This document shows, piece after piece, positions 1 through 10,758 of a DNA stretch of 64,000 bases. Positions within the stretch are counted from its first letter, which is position 1; each line of letters opens with the position of its first letter. A program made the translations under genes and the position numbers. Below the pieces are notes generated by a model, which saw only the letters and a list, made by a program, of their open reading frames with translations, did no database searches and had not been told where the DNA came from. Source of the DNA: Arenicellales bacterium (GTDB lineage: Bacteria > Pseudomonadota > Gammaproteobacteria > Arenicellales > Poriferihabitantaceae); NCBI GenBank assembly GCA_965116595.1, contig OZ220708.1, positions 2,212,041 through 2,276,040 of the forward strand. The letters run 5' to 3'.

Positions 1-583
1 AAAGACCGGTAGTGGGTTTGAGTCCATAGACGCCGCATGAAGCCGCCGGAATTCGAATTGAACCGCCTAAATCAGTGGCGTGTGCAATGGGGACCATGCC
101 CGATGCCACTGCAGACGCGGCGCCGCCGCTACTGCCTCCGGTAGTAATGGCAACATCCCAGGGATTGTAAGTTGCGCCGCGGAAGGCAGGTTCGCAGACA
201 AAATCCTCTGCGAATTCCGGGGTGTTGGTCTTGCCCATCACCACCAGTCCGGCCTGTCGCCAGCGTTTTACAATTTCGCTGTCATAGCGGGGTGTGTTGT
301 CCATGAAGAAACGACATGAGAAGGTAGTTGGCATGTCCCGGGTATACACGTTGACGTCCTTGAGCAGGAAAGGAACCCCGGACAGTGGGGAACCATCATT
401 ACCTGAACTGATAGTTGCTCTGGCAACCTCGTAGTTTTTCATTATCACTGCGTTGAGTTTCGGATTGAGTTTTTCAATCGCTGCAATGGCAGTCTCTACT
501 ACTTCTTCCTGAGAGGCTTGTCCACTGGAAATAGCCTGCGCCAGGCCAACACCATCTAAATTGGCATATTCTTCAAAATTCAT
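1..583 (-). CDS. Amidase signature family protein (partial; runs off the left edge, not in the ORF track)
   Basis: Manual minus-strand translation from the ATG at 583: [47 protein letters not shown]...GVPFLLKD...GKTNTPEF...NPWD...GGSSGG...[23 protein letters not shown]. These are the amidase-signature motifs of the Ser-cisSer-Lys triad. Confidence 0.9.
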   Translation of the reverse strand, partial: MNFEEYANLDGVGLAQAISSGQASQEEVVETAIAAIEKLNPKLNAVIMKNYEVARATISSGNDGSPLSGVPFLLKDVNVYTRDMPTTFSCRFFMDNTPRYDSEIVKRWRQAGLVVMGKTNTPEFAEDFVCEPAFRGATYNPWDVAITTGGSSGGAASAVASGMVPIAHATDLGGSIRIPAASCGVYGLKPTTGL

Positions 584-997
584 TGATATTTTTCCTGTGT
601 GCAATATATTCCCAGGATGTGAAACATAAAAAACCGGGTGTAAGTCGTCAAAAGATTTGTGGGAATACCTGGAAAGTTAAGAGGGACTTTGATGTATTAT
701 AGTCTTGTTTCATGGATTCACACAGTCTCCTGGATTTCCCTTATCCCCTCCGTTGTGATGTGTAGTGTTTCATTAGTACCTGTGTGAAGTCAATTCCTAC
801 AGTAGCATCACGGCTGTACTGGAAATCCCAAGCGCCATATCGTAATATCCTGCCAGCTCCCGTTAACGGGTACCGGCAGAACAAAGCGAACAGCCGAATG
901 GCCGTCGTGTTACCAACCCGGAAGACAGGTAGGAATCATCCCAGGCTGAGAACAGTTCAGCGTGGAATCATTGGCACATTTTCCTGGGATACTCACC

Positions 998-1813
998 ATG
1001 GACTGTACGATCGTTGATGTCTTTGCTGAAAGGCCGCTGTCCGGCAACCAGTTGGCCGTGGTCCATGGCGCAATGCATTTGGATACTGCTGAAATGCAGG
1101 CAATCGCGCTGGAGACGAACTTCTCCGAGACCACATTCGTCGTGGATGAAAAACCCGAAGAGGCACAGGTAAGAATATTCACCCCGACCCGGGAGCTTCC
1201 GTTTGCCGGTCATCCGACCCTCGGGACGGCATGGGTCCTGGGCCGGAATCGGGATTCCTACATCTTGAATCTGCAGGCAGGATGCGTGCGCGTGACATTC
1301 GAAGATGACGGCATTACCTGGATGGAGCCTCCGCCTGTTGAGCCAGGGGAAATGTTGAATATACAATCAGCCGCAGCGTTGCTTGGATTGTCTCCGAACG
1401 ACATTGACACGCAATACCCCTGCCGGTTCGCCACCATCGGACCACGCTTCGCGCTCATTGGCGTCAAGGGACTCGACGTATTGCGGCGAGTGGTAATCCG
1501 AACTGATCTATATGATGATCTGGCGGGGAGTGACGAGTTCGGCGTATTTGTCTTCACGGAAGGCGCCTACAACGACGACGCCCACTTCGCCGCCCGCATG
1601 TTTCACCACCGGGGGCTGCGGGAAGACCCTGCTACCGGAAGCGCGAACACTGCATTCGCCGCGCACATTCGGTCACTCGGCGCCCAGGGCAGTATCGTGG
1701 TCGAACAGGGTTTCGAGATCGGCCGTCCCTCACGGCTATATCTCGATATCGCAGAGACCATCCGCGTCGGAGGAAAGGTTCGTCCGGTGCTGACAGGGCG
1801 TTTCGATTTCTGA
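998..1813 (+). CDS. PhzF/YHI9-family isomerase/epimerase
   Basis: Motifs DVFAERPLSGNQLAV, SETTF, IFTPTRELPFAGHPTLG and EDPATGSA. ATG at 998 preferred over GTG at 962. Confidence 0.88.
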   Translation: MDCTIVDVFAERPLSGNQLAVVHGAMHLDTAEMQAIALETNFSETTFVVDEKPEEAQVRIFTPTRELPFAGHPTLGTAWVLGRNRDSYILNLQAGCVRVTFEDDGITWMEPPPVEPGEMLNIQSAAALLGLSPNDIDTQYPCRFATIGPRFALIGVKGLDVLRRVVIRTDLYDDLAGSDEFGVFVFTEGAYNDDAHFAARMFHHRGLREDPATGSANTAFAAHIRSLGAQGSIVVEQGFEIGRPSRLYLDIAETIRVGGKVRPVLTGRFDF

Positions 1814-1977
1814 CTGGTGTTGGCAACCGTCATTGGCTATTTCCCGTCTCGCTGTCGATTCGGTGCTCCTGCACTTCTTCCAGCAGCCAATTGCGGAATA
1901 CAGCGACTGTTAAATATAAACAGTAAATTCGAAACCGTCAGTGAGCGTGCTCAACTGCTCTTGCTTCACTCAGCAAT

Positions 1978-4900
1978 TCATCCGATTTGGGCAAGCAGCG
2001 TCGCGTTTCCTCCGGCTGCTGTCGTATCGATGCATACGTGCCGTTCCAAAGTGCAGCGATCGCTCATTTCACAATCCGTAATCAGTGGGATCAGTGCACC
2101 AATGCGGTGTGACAGGAATTTTCTGGCTTCACGTAAATCTTCCGGATCACTCCACAGGGCAATAGCGTCAAAACCCTCAAGGTGTAACAGGCTTTCGCGT
2201 GACAGGAATCCTGAAATCGCATTTCTTCCCGTTGCGCCGGGTGTGACTATCAGTGAAGAACATCCCTTCTTCCTGGCAATGTCTGCCTGCTTCCAGGCTG
2301 TGGCTAAAGTTGGGCCAAGACAGAGAACTTTTCCACGAGGATAGAGGGACAGGCGATTGGATTCTCCGGTTGGGCCCGGCAGGTCCACGGTGGTCAGAGG
2401 CAATTGTAGTGGTTCGGCCAGATCATTGAGCGCTTTTTGCACTATTTCCGGTGGCGCAACTGGTCCTGAATCAATATCGTGGGCCACGAAGTGATCCCTG
2501 GTGAACCGTTGTACATAGTTTGGCCCTCCTGCTTTGGGACCGGTACCTGACAATCCTTCGCCGCCGAAAGGTTGAGACTCGACAATGGCTCCTATCTGAT
2601 TTCGATTGATGTATAAATTGCCAACTTTCAGTTGTGATGTCATCTGCTCCACTCGACCATCAATTCGTGTGTGTAATCCAAACGTAAGGCCGTATCCCTT
2701 GTTATTGATGCTGTTGATGACATGGTCAATCTCATCCGCCTTGAAAGTTGCGACATGCAGCACAGGGCCGAATATCTCTTCTTCAATATCTTCGATTCCG
2801 TTTACCTTCACCACTGACGGTCCAACAAATTTACCCGCGCCGGGGACATCCAGTTGCTTGATCAGACGTCCCTCGCGCTTTGCAATATCCAGGTGGCAGT
2901 TGATAGTATCTCTTGCATCTGCATTGATGACCGGGCCAACATCAGTCGAAAACAACCAGGGGTCTTCGACTGCGAGCTCGTCCATAGCGCCCAGTAGCAT
3001 ATCCATGAATTCACTGGCACAGTCTTGTTGTAAATAGAGGATGCGCAGCGCTGAGCAACGTTGACCGGCGGATTGAAAAGAAGAAGCAATGATGTCTTTA
3101 ACGGCCTGTTCCGGAAGCGCCGTTGAATCGACTACCATGGCATTAATGCCTCCTGTTTCTGCGATCAGCGCAGCGCCAGGAGAAATATTTTCCGCCATTG
3201 CTTTGTTGATTGTCTGTGCGGTTGACGTTGATCCCGTAAAACAGACCCCTCCGATACGAGGGTCTTCGCTGATTGCCGCCCCGACGACGGAGCCTCGTCC
3301 AGGTAAAAGCTGTAGAACCGGTTTCGGGACTCCAGCCTTATGCAGGAGCTTGACAGCAATAGTTGCAACAATTGGAGTGGGGTCTGCAGGTTTCGCCAAC
3401 ACGCCGTTTCCAGCGGCCAGCGCCGCAGCTACTTGCCCGGTGAAAATGGCAAGGGGAAAGTTCCAGGGAGAGATGCACGCGATCAAACCCCGTGCAGTTC
3501 GATTCTCCAATGACTTGATCCGGGTGGCATAGTAACGCAGAAAATCCACTGCCTCGCGCAATTCTGCAATGGCGTCCATTGTGTTTTTCCCGGCTTCGCG
3601 AGTAAGCGCTGCAAATAATTCGCCATAATTCTCCTCATAGAAGTCTGCAGCCCGGTTCAGAATGCGTGCACGATTGACTCCGCTCTCTTCTGTCCAATCC
3701 TTTGCCGAATCAATGGCATGCACTGCATCCTCGCGGGTAGCGTACACTACGCTGCCAACGATATCGCCCGGATTGGCAGGATTAAGAACAGGCTGTGGTT
3801 GATAACCTTTGTACTTGCAGGCTGTCAGAGGATTGGCAATCCATCGATGGGATTTGAACGGAGTCCGGGCCTGGTCAATTTCAATAAGGTCGTTTTCGTT
3901 ATTGATGTCCCAGCCTCGTGAATTCCGGCGTTCCGGGGCGTACAGGAAATTCGGATTTTTTATATGTGCCGATAACTTGTGGGAGTCAATTGCAGATTTT
4001 TCAAAGGGGTCTGTGACGATGTCGTCAACCGGAACTTTTTTATCGACAATCTGGTTTACGAAAGATGAATTTGCTCCATTTTCCAATAGCCGTCGTACAA
4101 GATATGCAAGCAGATCACGATGGGCGCCCACAGGCGCATAAATCCTGCACCGTGTCCCCTGTTTTTCATGTACCAGGCGATGTAATACCTCCCCCATTCC
4201 GTGGAGGCGTTGAAACTCGAATAATGAGTTATCGCTGCTTGATTCCAGTATCGCAGAAACGGTATGTGCATTGTGTGTGGCAAATTGAGGATATATCCGG
4301 TCTGTCATCCCAAGCAGTTTCTTTGCGCAGCAAATATAGGACACGTCGGTTGCCGACTTCTGCGTGAACACAGGAAAGTCCCGGATACCATTGATTTGCG
4401 CACGTTTTATTTCGGTATCCCAGTAAGCGCCTTTGACCAATCGAACCATAATTTTTTTGTTGAGGTCAACAGACAACGACCAGACCCAGTCAATAACGTT
4501 TGCAGCACGTTTCCCGTAAGCCTGGATGACCACGCCAAAACCGTCCCAATCCGCCAAGCGCTCATCACGAAGAACGGCCTCGATTATGTCGAGGGACATA
4601 TCCAATCGGTCCGCTTCCTCGGCGTCTATATTCAGGCCAATCCGGGCTTGCTTTGCACGCAACGCCAATGCCAGGACGCGGTCTGTCAATTCGGGCGCCG
4701 CTTTTGATTTCTGACTCACTTCATAGCGCGGATGCAGGGCAGACAATTTAACTGAAATACCCGGGTTCTCACGAACCCGATCAGCGTTCGCAAGAGTCGC
4801 CAGGAACTCGATAGCCGCGCTGTAGACTTCGAAGTATCCCGCAGCGTCATGTGCGGTTACAGCGGCTTCTCCCAACATATCGTAGGAGTAGGTATAACCT

Positions 4901-5478
4901 TTTTGTTCCCACGTCTCAGCTCGCACTGCCGCCTGTTCTATTGTCTCTCCCAGAACGAATTGATTACCCATCTCTTGCATAATTCGTCTTATTGCAGTGC
5001 GGATTACCGGCTCTCCCAGCCTTTTTACGGTGTTGTGCAGGACGCTGGCCAGTCCGGACGATGTATCGTTGTCCAAAACCTTTCCGGTAAGCATCAATGC
5101 CCAGGTCGATGCGTTCACCAGAGATGAACTGGATTGGCCGAGGTGGCGGCCCCAGGAGGACGGTGCAATTTTGTCCGATATTAAATTATCAATTGTCTCA
5201 GTGTCCGGCACTCTCAATAATGCTTCCGCCAGGCACATCAATGCGATTCCTTCGTTTGTAGAAAGGCCATATTCACCGAGAAAGACTTCCATCAATCCTG
5301 GCTGATTGTCGTCTCTGATGGCATTCACCAGCGCTGTGGCTCGACGGGCAAAGCGTTTGCGTGAATCTGGTGTGACTTCCGCTTCCAGGACAAGATTGTT
5401 TAATATCTCCCGCTCATTCATCAGGCATGACTTTCTTATCCGGGACCGGATCGGTTCAAGCGAGCGCATTTGTGACAA
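1978..5478 (-). CDS. putA: Bifunctional proline dehydrogenase / L-glutamate-gamma-semialdehyde dehydrogenase PutA (no N-terminal RHH domain)
   Basis: PRODH motifs SYDMLGEAA, SVKLSALHPRY, IDAEEADRL, VRLVKGAYWDTEIK, FATHNAHT, EFQRLHGMG and YLVRRLLENGANSSF. ALDH motifs ISPWNFP, AETGGIN, SAGQRCSALR and GTGPKAGGP. Exact start uncertain. Confidence 0.96.
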   Translation of the reverse strand: MSQMRSLEPIRSRIRKSCLMNEREILNNLVLEAEVTPDSRKRFARRATALVNAIRDDNQPGLMEVFLGEYGLSTNEGIALMCLAEALLRVPDTETIDNLISDKIAPSSWGRHLGQSSSSLVNASTWALMLTGKVLDNDTSSGLASVLHNTVKRLGEPVIRTAIRRIMQEMGNQFVLGETIEQAAVRAETWEQKGYTYSYDMLGEAAVTAHDAAGYFEVYSAAIEFLATLANADRVRENPGISVKLSALHPRYEVSQKSKAAPELTDRVLALALRAKQARIGLNIDAEEADRLDMSLDIIEAVLRDERLADWDGFGVVIQAYGKRAANVIDWVWSLSVDLNKKIMVRLVKGAYWDTEIKRAQINGIRDFPVFTQKSATDVSYICCAKKLLGMTDRIYPQFATHNAHTVSAILESSSDNSLFEFQRLHGMGEVLHRLVHEKQGTRCRIYAPVGAHRDLLAYLVRRLLENGANSSFVNQIVDKKVPVDDIVTDPFEKSAIDSHKLSAHIKNPNFLYAPERRNSRGWDINNENDLIEIDQARTPFKSHRWIANPLTACKYKGYQPQPVLNPANPGDIVGSVVYATREDAVHAIDSAKDWTEESGVNRARILNRAADFYEENYGELFAALTREAGKNTMDAIAELREAVDFLRYYATRIKSLENRTARGLIACISPWNFPLAIFTGQVAAALAAGNGVLAKPADPTPIVATIAVKLLHKAGVPKPVLQLLPGRGSVVGAAISEDPRIGGVCFTGSTSTAQTINKAMAENISPGAALIAETGGINAMVVDSTALPEQAVKDIIASSFQSAGQRCSALRILYLQQDCASEFMDMLLGAMDELAVEDPWLFSTDVGPVINADARDTINCHLDIAKREGRLIKQLDVPGAGKFVGPSVVKVNGIEDIEEEIFGPVLHVATFKADEIDHVINSINNKGYGLTFGLHTRIDGRVEQMTSQLKVGNLYINRNQIGAIVESQPFGGEGLSGTGPKAGGPNYVQRFTRDHFVAHDIDSGPVAPPEIVQKALNDLAEPLQLPLTTVDLPGPTGESNRLSLYPRGKVLCLGPTLATAWKQADIARKKGCSSLIVTPGATGRNAISGFLSRESLLHLEGFDAIALWSDPEDLREARKFLSHRIGALIPLITDCEMSDRCTLERHVCIDTTAAGGNATLLAQIG

Positions 5479-5646
5479 TTTGAAGAATAACCAGGTGGTT
5501 AATTTACCATGACACGGGAGTTACCCGAAAACGTATACTGCTTCCGGTCGAGCATCAAGTAGATGAACCATACCGGTTCAAAACTGGAAGTTGGAGTTGA
5601 ATGGGCTTAATATGGACCGTTACACAACCTTAATTCGAGAGTAATC

Positions 5647-6120
5647 ATGTCAGGCATCGCATTGTTAGCCCTGATTACCTTTTTATACGCAGGTTATAAC
5701 TTGTTTATAAAGGTCGCCGGAGGGTACGTGCCAACATCTGCAACGACTACAGTTTTGGCGACTTTTTGTCTCCAGCTTGGCGCAATTGTTACTACTGCAA
5801 TATTTTTAACCGTTCTGGTTGGACGCGGAGGGCATGTGTTTTCGTTATCAACCCATTCCTATGTCTGGGCAGTTATAGCGGGTTTATGTATTGGTGGCGC
5901 AGAAATTGCTTATTTCTATCTGTTTAGTGGGACAGGTCTATCCGAACCCATGTCTGCAAGTGTGGCGATTCCGGTAATAGTCAGTGGAACCATTGTCATT
6001 TCTCTTTTGTTTTCTTTATTTTTTCTTAAGGAACCCATCGCCATGAATCAATTGCTTGGCGTAATTTTAATCCTGTCTGGAATCGTTTTGCTTTTCGTTA
6101 ACGGAAAAACGACCGCATAG
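5647..6120 (+). CDS. Small DMT/EamA-family membrane protein (single repeat, about 5 TM)
   Basis: 157 aa, hydrophobic throughout. C-terminal FFLKEPIAMNQLLGVILILSGIVLL is typical of EamA/DMT proteins. Confidence 0.7.
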   Translation: MSGIALLALITFLYAGYNLFIKVAGGYVPTSATTTVLATFCLQLGAIVTTAIFLTVLVGRGGHVFSLSTHSYVWAVIAGLCIGGAEIAYFYLFSGTGLSEPMSASVAIPVIVSGTIVISLLFSLFFLKEPIAMNQLLGVILILSGIVLLFVNGKTTA

Positions 6121-6170
6121 CCCCAGGGGGGCCATCCTGATGTCGAAGGTCAGGATGTGTTCAGACGAGA

Positions 6171-7148
6171 TCACGTGACGGGATTACCCAGTCTGCGCAT
6201 CCGCTGTTTGACCAGCGCTCTACCTTCGGCGCTGCCATCGTGCCAACTGCCCATTGGTTTGTCAACTGGCGTCATACTGTTGCCGTAGTTCACATGAAAG
6301 TAGCGGTGATGGAGATGGTGGAAGTAGTCTCCCGCTGGCACGTCTATTCCACCTGGCAGATTGAGACGATTGAATCCCGAATGGGACACCGCCGGGCTGA
6401 CGCCCTGATAAAGCCCTGTCATGATCAGCAGCACGGGATGTATCGGCACTACCCACCAGAGTAAAAACAGGCTGAAGTAGATCAGGTGTTCCACCGGGTG
6501 CATGGAGATACCGCTCCAGGGGCCGGTATTGGTGTTACGATGATGCAGGTCGTGGGCGATGTTGAAAAGCGGGCGCCAGTGGAGCAGTCGATGATTCAGG
6601 TAGAAGTGGAAGGTTGACCAGAACAGTACACCGAAGGCCATGATGACGACCCAGGCCGGGGCTTCGCGGAAACCGACCCACTCCATGTGTCCCGAGGCAT
6701 ACCACCACCAGGTGAGGCACTCATACAATGTCCAGACCGTGACGCCGCTGGCGAGGCTCCAGAACATGTTGTCCCTGACCTGGTCATTGAATGTGAAACG
6801 TGCATCGTTCCGCGCCATCCACGCGGCATTGAATTTGTAGTCGTTCCCTTGACGGCGGCGGATGTAGAACCACCAGTGCAGACCGCCGGCGAACAGGGTC
6901 AGTACCGCAGCATTCCGGAGCCAGATCAAGGCCATCCAGTCCAGGGACAGCGTGGCCATGGTTTGCATGGAAGGCGTCAACCATTGCCACAGAATCACGG
7001 ACAGTGCGACAAAAATGTATCCCCAGGGATACAGCATGTTGACGAACAGATACCGCAGCGCCGCCAGGGGCTTCGGTGGCCAGGCGTACAAGGGCGGAAC
7101 CGGGATGGGTTCTTCGGGATGGTAGCTGGTGGTGGTGTCTGATGCCAT
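6171..7148 (-). CDS. Sterol desaturase / fatty acid hydroxylase superfamily di-iron membrane protein
   Basis: His boxes HFYLNHRLLH, HDLHH, SMHPVEH, SHSG and HHLHH..FHVNYG, plus TM segments. Confidence 0.88.
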   Translation of the reverse strand: MASDTTTSYHPEEPIPVPPLYAWPPKPLAALRYLFVNMLYPWGYIFVALSVILWQWLTPSMQTMATLSLDWMALIWLRNAAVLTLFAGGLHWWFYIRRRQGNDYKFNAAWMARNDARFTFNDQVRDNMFWSLASGVTVWTLYECLTWWWYASGHMEWVGFREAPAWVVIMAFGVLFWSTFHFYLNHRLLHWRPLFNIAHDLHHRNTNTGPWSGISMHPVEHLIYFSLFLLWWVVPIHPVLLIMTGLYQGVSPAVSHSGFNRLNLPGGIDVPAGDYFHHLHHRYFHVNYGNSMTPVDKPMGSWHDGSAEGRALVKQRMRRLGNPVT

Positions 7149-7482
7149 GGGAGGGACCCTCGATTGTTGGTTGTGAAGGTATCGCTGAAGCCGGGGCTGA
7201 AACCTGGAGGAATCCTCCGGATTTCCGGTGCAAGTACGGCAGCCGGGGATTCAGCCGGTCCTAACGGTATCAGTCCGGAACAGAATCTATCACGATGATC
7301 AATTGAGCGTCAATAATTTATCTTTGGTTAATTCGTTCAGGCGAAGCGTTGAAGCTGGACAGGTAATGCACTATCATATTCATCCGCAATACCCATAATC
7401 CTGCTGACCGGAGGTTGATATCCACTCGTCCCGGCTGAGCGTGGTTTTGTGTCTTATACCAAAATCAGGAGGAATTTATCCG

Positions 7483-8715
7483 ATGAAGAAAACACTCAGA
7501 TTGACGGGTTGCGTACTGGGGGTGGCCCTGCTGTTCGCAAATTCGGCATCTGCCCAGGATTGCGGCACCATTGTTCTGGGATCCGCGATCTCCCTGACCG
7601 GAAAATACGCGACCAACGGTGTTCATGCCAGGAACGGCTACGAGTTCGCAGTCCGGAAAATCAGCGATGCCGGCGGCGTGAAGGTCGGGGACAAGTGCTA
7701 CAACTTCAACGTGATCTATTACGATGACGAGTCCAAGGGTGACCGGGGCGCCACTCTGGCGGAGCGCCTGATCAACAAGGACAAGGTCCAGTATATGCTT
7801 GGCCCTTACTCCTCCAGTCTTACCAAGGCCATCGCGGCGGTGACGGAGAAGTACCGGATCCCCATGGTGGAAGCCGAAGGTGCGTCCCGCTCGCTTTTCA
7901 ACCAGGGTTACAGGTACCTGTTCGCGGTGTTGTCCACTTCGGAGCAGTATCTCGCTTCCGCAGTGACCCTGGCCGCCGGGATGGCCCGGGAATCAGGTAA
8001 GGAACCGTCTTCCGTGAAAGTGGCGGTGGCGGTGGAGAACGATCCGTTCTCTCTCGATATTCGAGCGGGTGTGCTGGAGGATGCCGCCAGGTACGGCATG
8101 AAAATCGTGGTTGACGAACAGCTTCCGCGCGACCTGTTCGATATGAGCGCCATCCTGACCAAGGTCAAGTTGCTGAAGCCGGACCTGCTGATCGTCAGCG
8201 GCCACTCCAAGGGCGCCGCTACGGCGGTTCGCCAGATCAGCGAGCAGAAGGTTCCCACACCCATGATCGCCATCACTCACTGTGAGGCGGCGGATGTGGT
8301 GGGTAACTTTGGCGCCGCCGCCAACGATATTCTCTGTGCCACGCAGTGGGCGGAAACGCTGAGCTACGAAGATCCGATGTTCGGCGCCGCCGCCAATTAT
8401 GAGAAAGAATTGAAAGCGGCGTTCCCTGAATACGCGGAGAAAACCATTCCTTACCAGGCCGCACAGGCTTCCGCCGCGGTGTACGTATTCAAGGACGCTT
8501 TCGAGCGGGCCGGCAGCTTGGACAAGGAAGCTGTGCGTGACGCCATCGCACAGACCGACCTGATGACGTTCTATGGCGCCATCAGGTTTTCCGAAGCCGG
8601 CAATAATATCGCCAAGCCGATGGTGCTGCGGCAAATTCAGGATGGCGAGTACAATGTGGTGGCGCCTTCAGAATTCGCATCACACAAGGTTAACTGGCCG
8701 CGTGCGCCCCGGTAA
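7483..8715 (+). CDS. Branched-chain amino acid (Liv/HAAT) ABC transporter substrate-binding protein
   Basis: AGGAGG RBS before the ATG at 7483; signal peptide; motifs SLTGKYA, YYDDES and LGPYSS; first gene of a livHMGF-like operon. Confidence 0.9.
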   Translation: MKKTLRLTGCVLGVALLFANSASAQDCGTIVLGSAISLTGKYATNGVHARNGYEFAVRKISDAGGVKVGDKCYNFNVIYYDDESKGDRGATLAERLINKDKVQYMLGPYSSSLTKAIAAVTEKYRIPMVEAEGASRSLFNQGYRYLFAVLSTSEQYLASAVTLAAGMARESGKEPSSVKVAVAVENDPFSLDIRAGVLEDAARYGMKIVVDEQLPRDLFDMSAILTKVKLLKPDLLIVSGHSKGAATAVRQISEQKVPTPMIAITHCEAADVVGNFGAAANDILCATQWAETLSYEDPMFGAAANYEKELKAAFPEYAEKTIPYQAAQASAAVYVFKDAFERAGSLDKEAVRDAIAQTDLMTFYGAIRFSEAGNNIAKPMVLRQIQDGEYNVVAPSEFASHKVNWPRAPR

Positions 8716-8799
8716 CGCCAGACCAGACGGACAGGATGTCTCAGAGCCCCGAGCGTCCTGGCCTGTATGATCCCCGCGGAAATTTATCACTAACCCTCC

Positions 8800-9711
8800 A
8801 TGGACCAGGTTTCCGGAAATCTCTCGCTGCTGTTCGAGTTCCCCGTCGTCAATCTGAAAATCATCATTGACGGACTCATGATCGGGGCGTTGTTCGCCCT
8901 CGCCGCCTACGGGTTGGCCCTGGTATGGGGGGTGATGAACGTCAAGAATTTCGCTCAGGGGGATTTGGTGATCGCCGGAGGATACGTGGCCTGGTGGCTG
9001 GCAAAGCAGGGTCTGCCGCCACTGATCGGGGTTCCCGCGGCATTCGTGGTGATGTGGGGGCTTGGCTGGACCATCTATAAGCTGGTCATTTCCCGGGTGA
9101 TTGAGCGTGATCTGTTCACCTCCCTGCTGGCGACGTTCGGTCTTGCCATTATCATGGCGCAGATGCTGAATCTGATGTTCGGTTCGGATACCCAAAGCAT
9201 ACAGCTGCAGTATGACACTTTGTATTTCTTCGACGGTTTCATCGATGTGCCCATTGCCAGGTTGTTGGGCGTGCTGATGGCGATGACCCTCGCTGTCGGT
9301 GTTGTTCTGTTCATGAAAAAAAGCCGTATGGGTCAGGCTATCCGCGCTACCGCCCAGGATGCCCGTGCCGCCCGGGTGCTCGGCATTGATACCGAAAAGG
9401 TGTACGCTTTCACTTTCTCGCTGAATGCTGCCATCTGCGGCGCAGCCGGGGCTATCATTGTTATGGTATGGGTGATTCAGCCATTCTACGGCATTACCCA
9501 TTCCGTGCGGTCGTTCGTGATCGTTACGGCTGCGGGCATCGGCAACCTTCCGGGTGTGATCGCCGCCGGTCTGGGTATCGGCGTCGCCGAACAGTACGGC
9601 GCCCATATCTTCGGTATCGGTTACCAACAGGCCATTGCGGTACTGTTGTTGTTACTGGTGCTGATCTGGCGTCTCATTCAGCAGCGCCGGGTGCGTCAGA
9701 GCCTGAGATAG
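8800..9711 (+). CDS. HAAT ABC transporter permease (LivH-like)
   Basis: ALAAYGLALVWGVMNVKNFAQG and SRMGQAIRATAQD...ARVLGI. Confidence 0.9.
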   Translation: MDQVSGNLSLLFEFPVVNLKIIIDGLMIGALFALAAYGLALVWGVMNVKNFAQGDLVIAGGYVAWWLAKQGLPPLIGVPAAFVVMWGLGWTIYKLVISRVIERDLFTSLLATFGLAIIMAQMLNLMFGSDTQSIQLQYDTLYFFDGFIDVPIARLLGVLMAMTLAVGVVLFMKKSRMGQAIRATAQDARAARVLGIDTEKVYAFTFSLNAAICGAAGAIIVMVWVIQPFYGITHSVRSFVIVTAAGIGNLPGVIAAGLGIGVAEQYGAHIFGIGYQQAIAVLLLLLVLIWRLIQQRRVRQSLR

Positions 9712-9723
9712 GGGAGCGCTATC

Positions 9724-10758
9724 ATGAGAAAAACCCTGTTTTACGCAGCGCTGTCGCTGATCGTTCTGGCGTTGCCCTTTCTGTTCCCGGATTTCCGTAC
9801 CCAGTTCGCCGCGTTGTGGCTGATGATCATCGTCGCGCTGACCTGGGACATGACCGGTGGCCAGATGGGGTACAATTCTCTGGGCAACATCTTTTTCTAT
9901 GGCACCGGGATGTACGCCGCGGCGCTGATTGCTATTGGCATGGTGCACCCCATCGGGGAATACACCGACGCCAGCCGTTCCGAACTGATGCTGTTTTCCG
10001 ATGGACAGTATTTCACCGGCGTGTTCCTCGGTTGCCTCGGCGCCGGACTATTCTGCGCCCTGGCCGCGGTAATCATCGGCTATGTGACCTTCGGCCTGCG
10101 GGGACCCTATTTCGCCATTGGCACCCTGGGTGTCGCCATCGCTACAGGTGAACTGGTGTCCAACTGGGAGTGGGTCGGCGGCGGCCAGGGGATTCAACTG
10201 CCGGTGTACCCCGGCGATCTTGAAATCGGAAAACTGTTCTTCTATTCCCTCTTCGCGGGCACCGGCGTGGCTTTGTTCGTCTTTTGCAAATGGCTCTATA
10301 GCACCCGCTTCGGCGCCGCCATCAACGCCATTCGCGACGACGAGGAAAAGGCCGAAGCCATGGGTATCCATACCCTGCGCTACAAGCTCACCGCCTGGGC
10401 CCTGTCGGCCTTCTTTGTCGGCGTGGCTGGGGGCATCTCGGCATTTCAGCTGATTCACTTCGAGCCTCTGGAGACTGCCTACCAGACCATCAACCTCGGC
10501 ATTTTCATGGTGGTCTGCGTGCTGCTTGGCGGCAAGGGAACCCTGTGGGGGCCCGTGGTCGGCGCCATCGTCTTCCATGTCATCAAGGAGGTGACCTGGA
10601 ACTATCTTCTCGGCTGGCAGTGGGTGGCCCTGGGCGCCCTGATCGTGGTAACCGTAGTGTACTTCCAGGATGGCATTATGGGTTGGCTGATGCATAACCG
10701 GCCGGAATGGTTCGGCATTCGGGTGGAGAAGAAGGATGCCGGGGGGAATGCGGCATGA
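9724..10758 (+). CDS. HAAT ABC transporter permease (LivM-like)
   Basis: GGQMGYNSLG, LRGPYFAIGTLG, AIRDDEEKAEAMGI and LLGGKGTLWGPVVGA. Confidence 0.9.
   Translation: MRKTLFYAALSLIVLALPFLFPDFRTQFAALWLMIIVALTWDMTGGQMGYNSLGNIFFYGTGMYAAALIAIGMVHPIGEYTDASRSELMLFSDGQYFTGVFLGCLGAGLFCALAAVIIGYVTFGLRGPYFAIGTLGVAIATGELVSNWEWVGGGQGIQLPVYPGDLEIGKLFFYSLFAGTGVALFVFCKWLYSTRFGAAINAIRDDEEKAEAMGIHTLRYKLTAWALSAFFVGVAGGISAFQLIHFEPLETAYQTINLGIFMVVCVLLGGKGTLWGPVVGAIVFHVIKEVTWNYLLGWQWVALGALIVVTVVYFQDGIMGWLMHNRPEWFGIRVEKKDAGGNAA

Noticed and set aside
998-1813. Phenazine biosynthesis cluster
   Set aside because: This is a lone PhzF-family gene with no other phz genes in the window. The family is widespread outside phenazine producers.
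6171-7148. Bacterial sterol biosynthesis
   Set aside because: The His-box family assignment does not specify the substrate, and no squalene epoxidase or oxidosqualene cyclase is nearby.
7190-7262. Inverted repeats upstream of the desaturase as a riboswitch
   Set aside because: The stems are short and GC-rich with no recognisable aptamer motif, so I cannot distinguish them from chance by eye.
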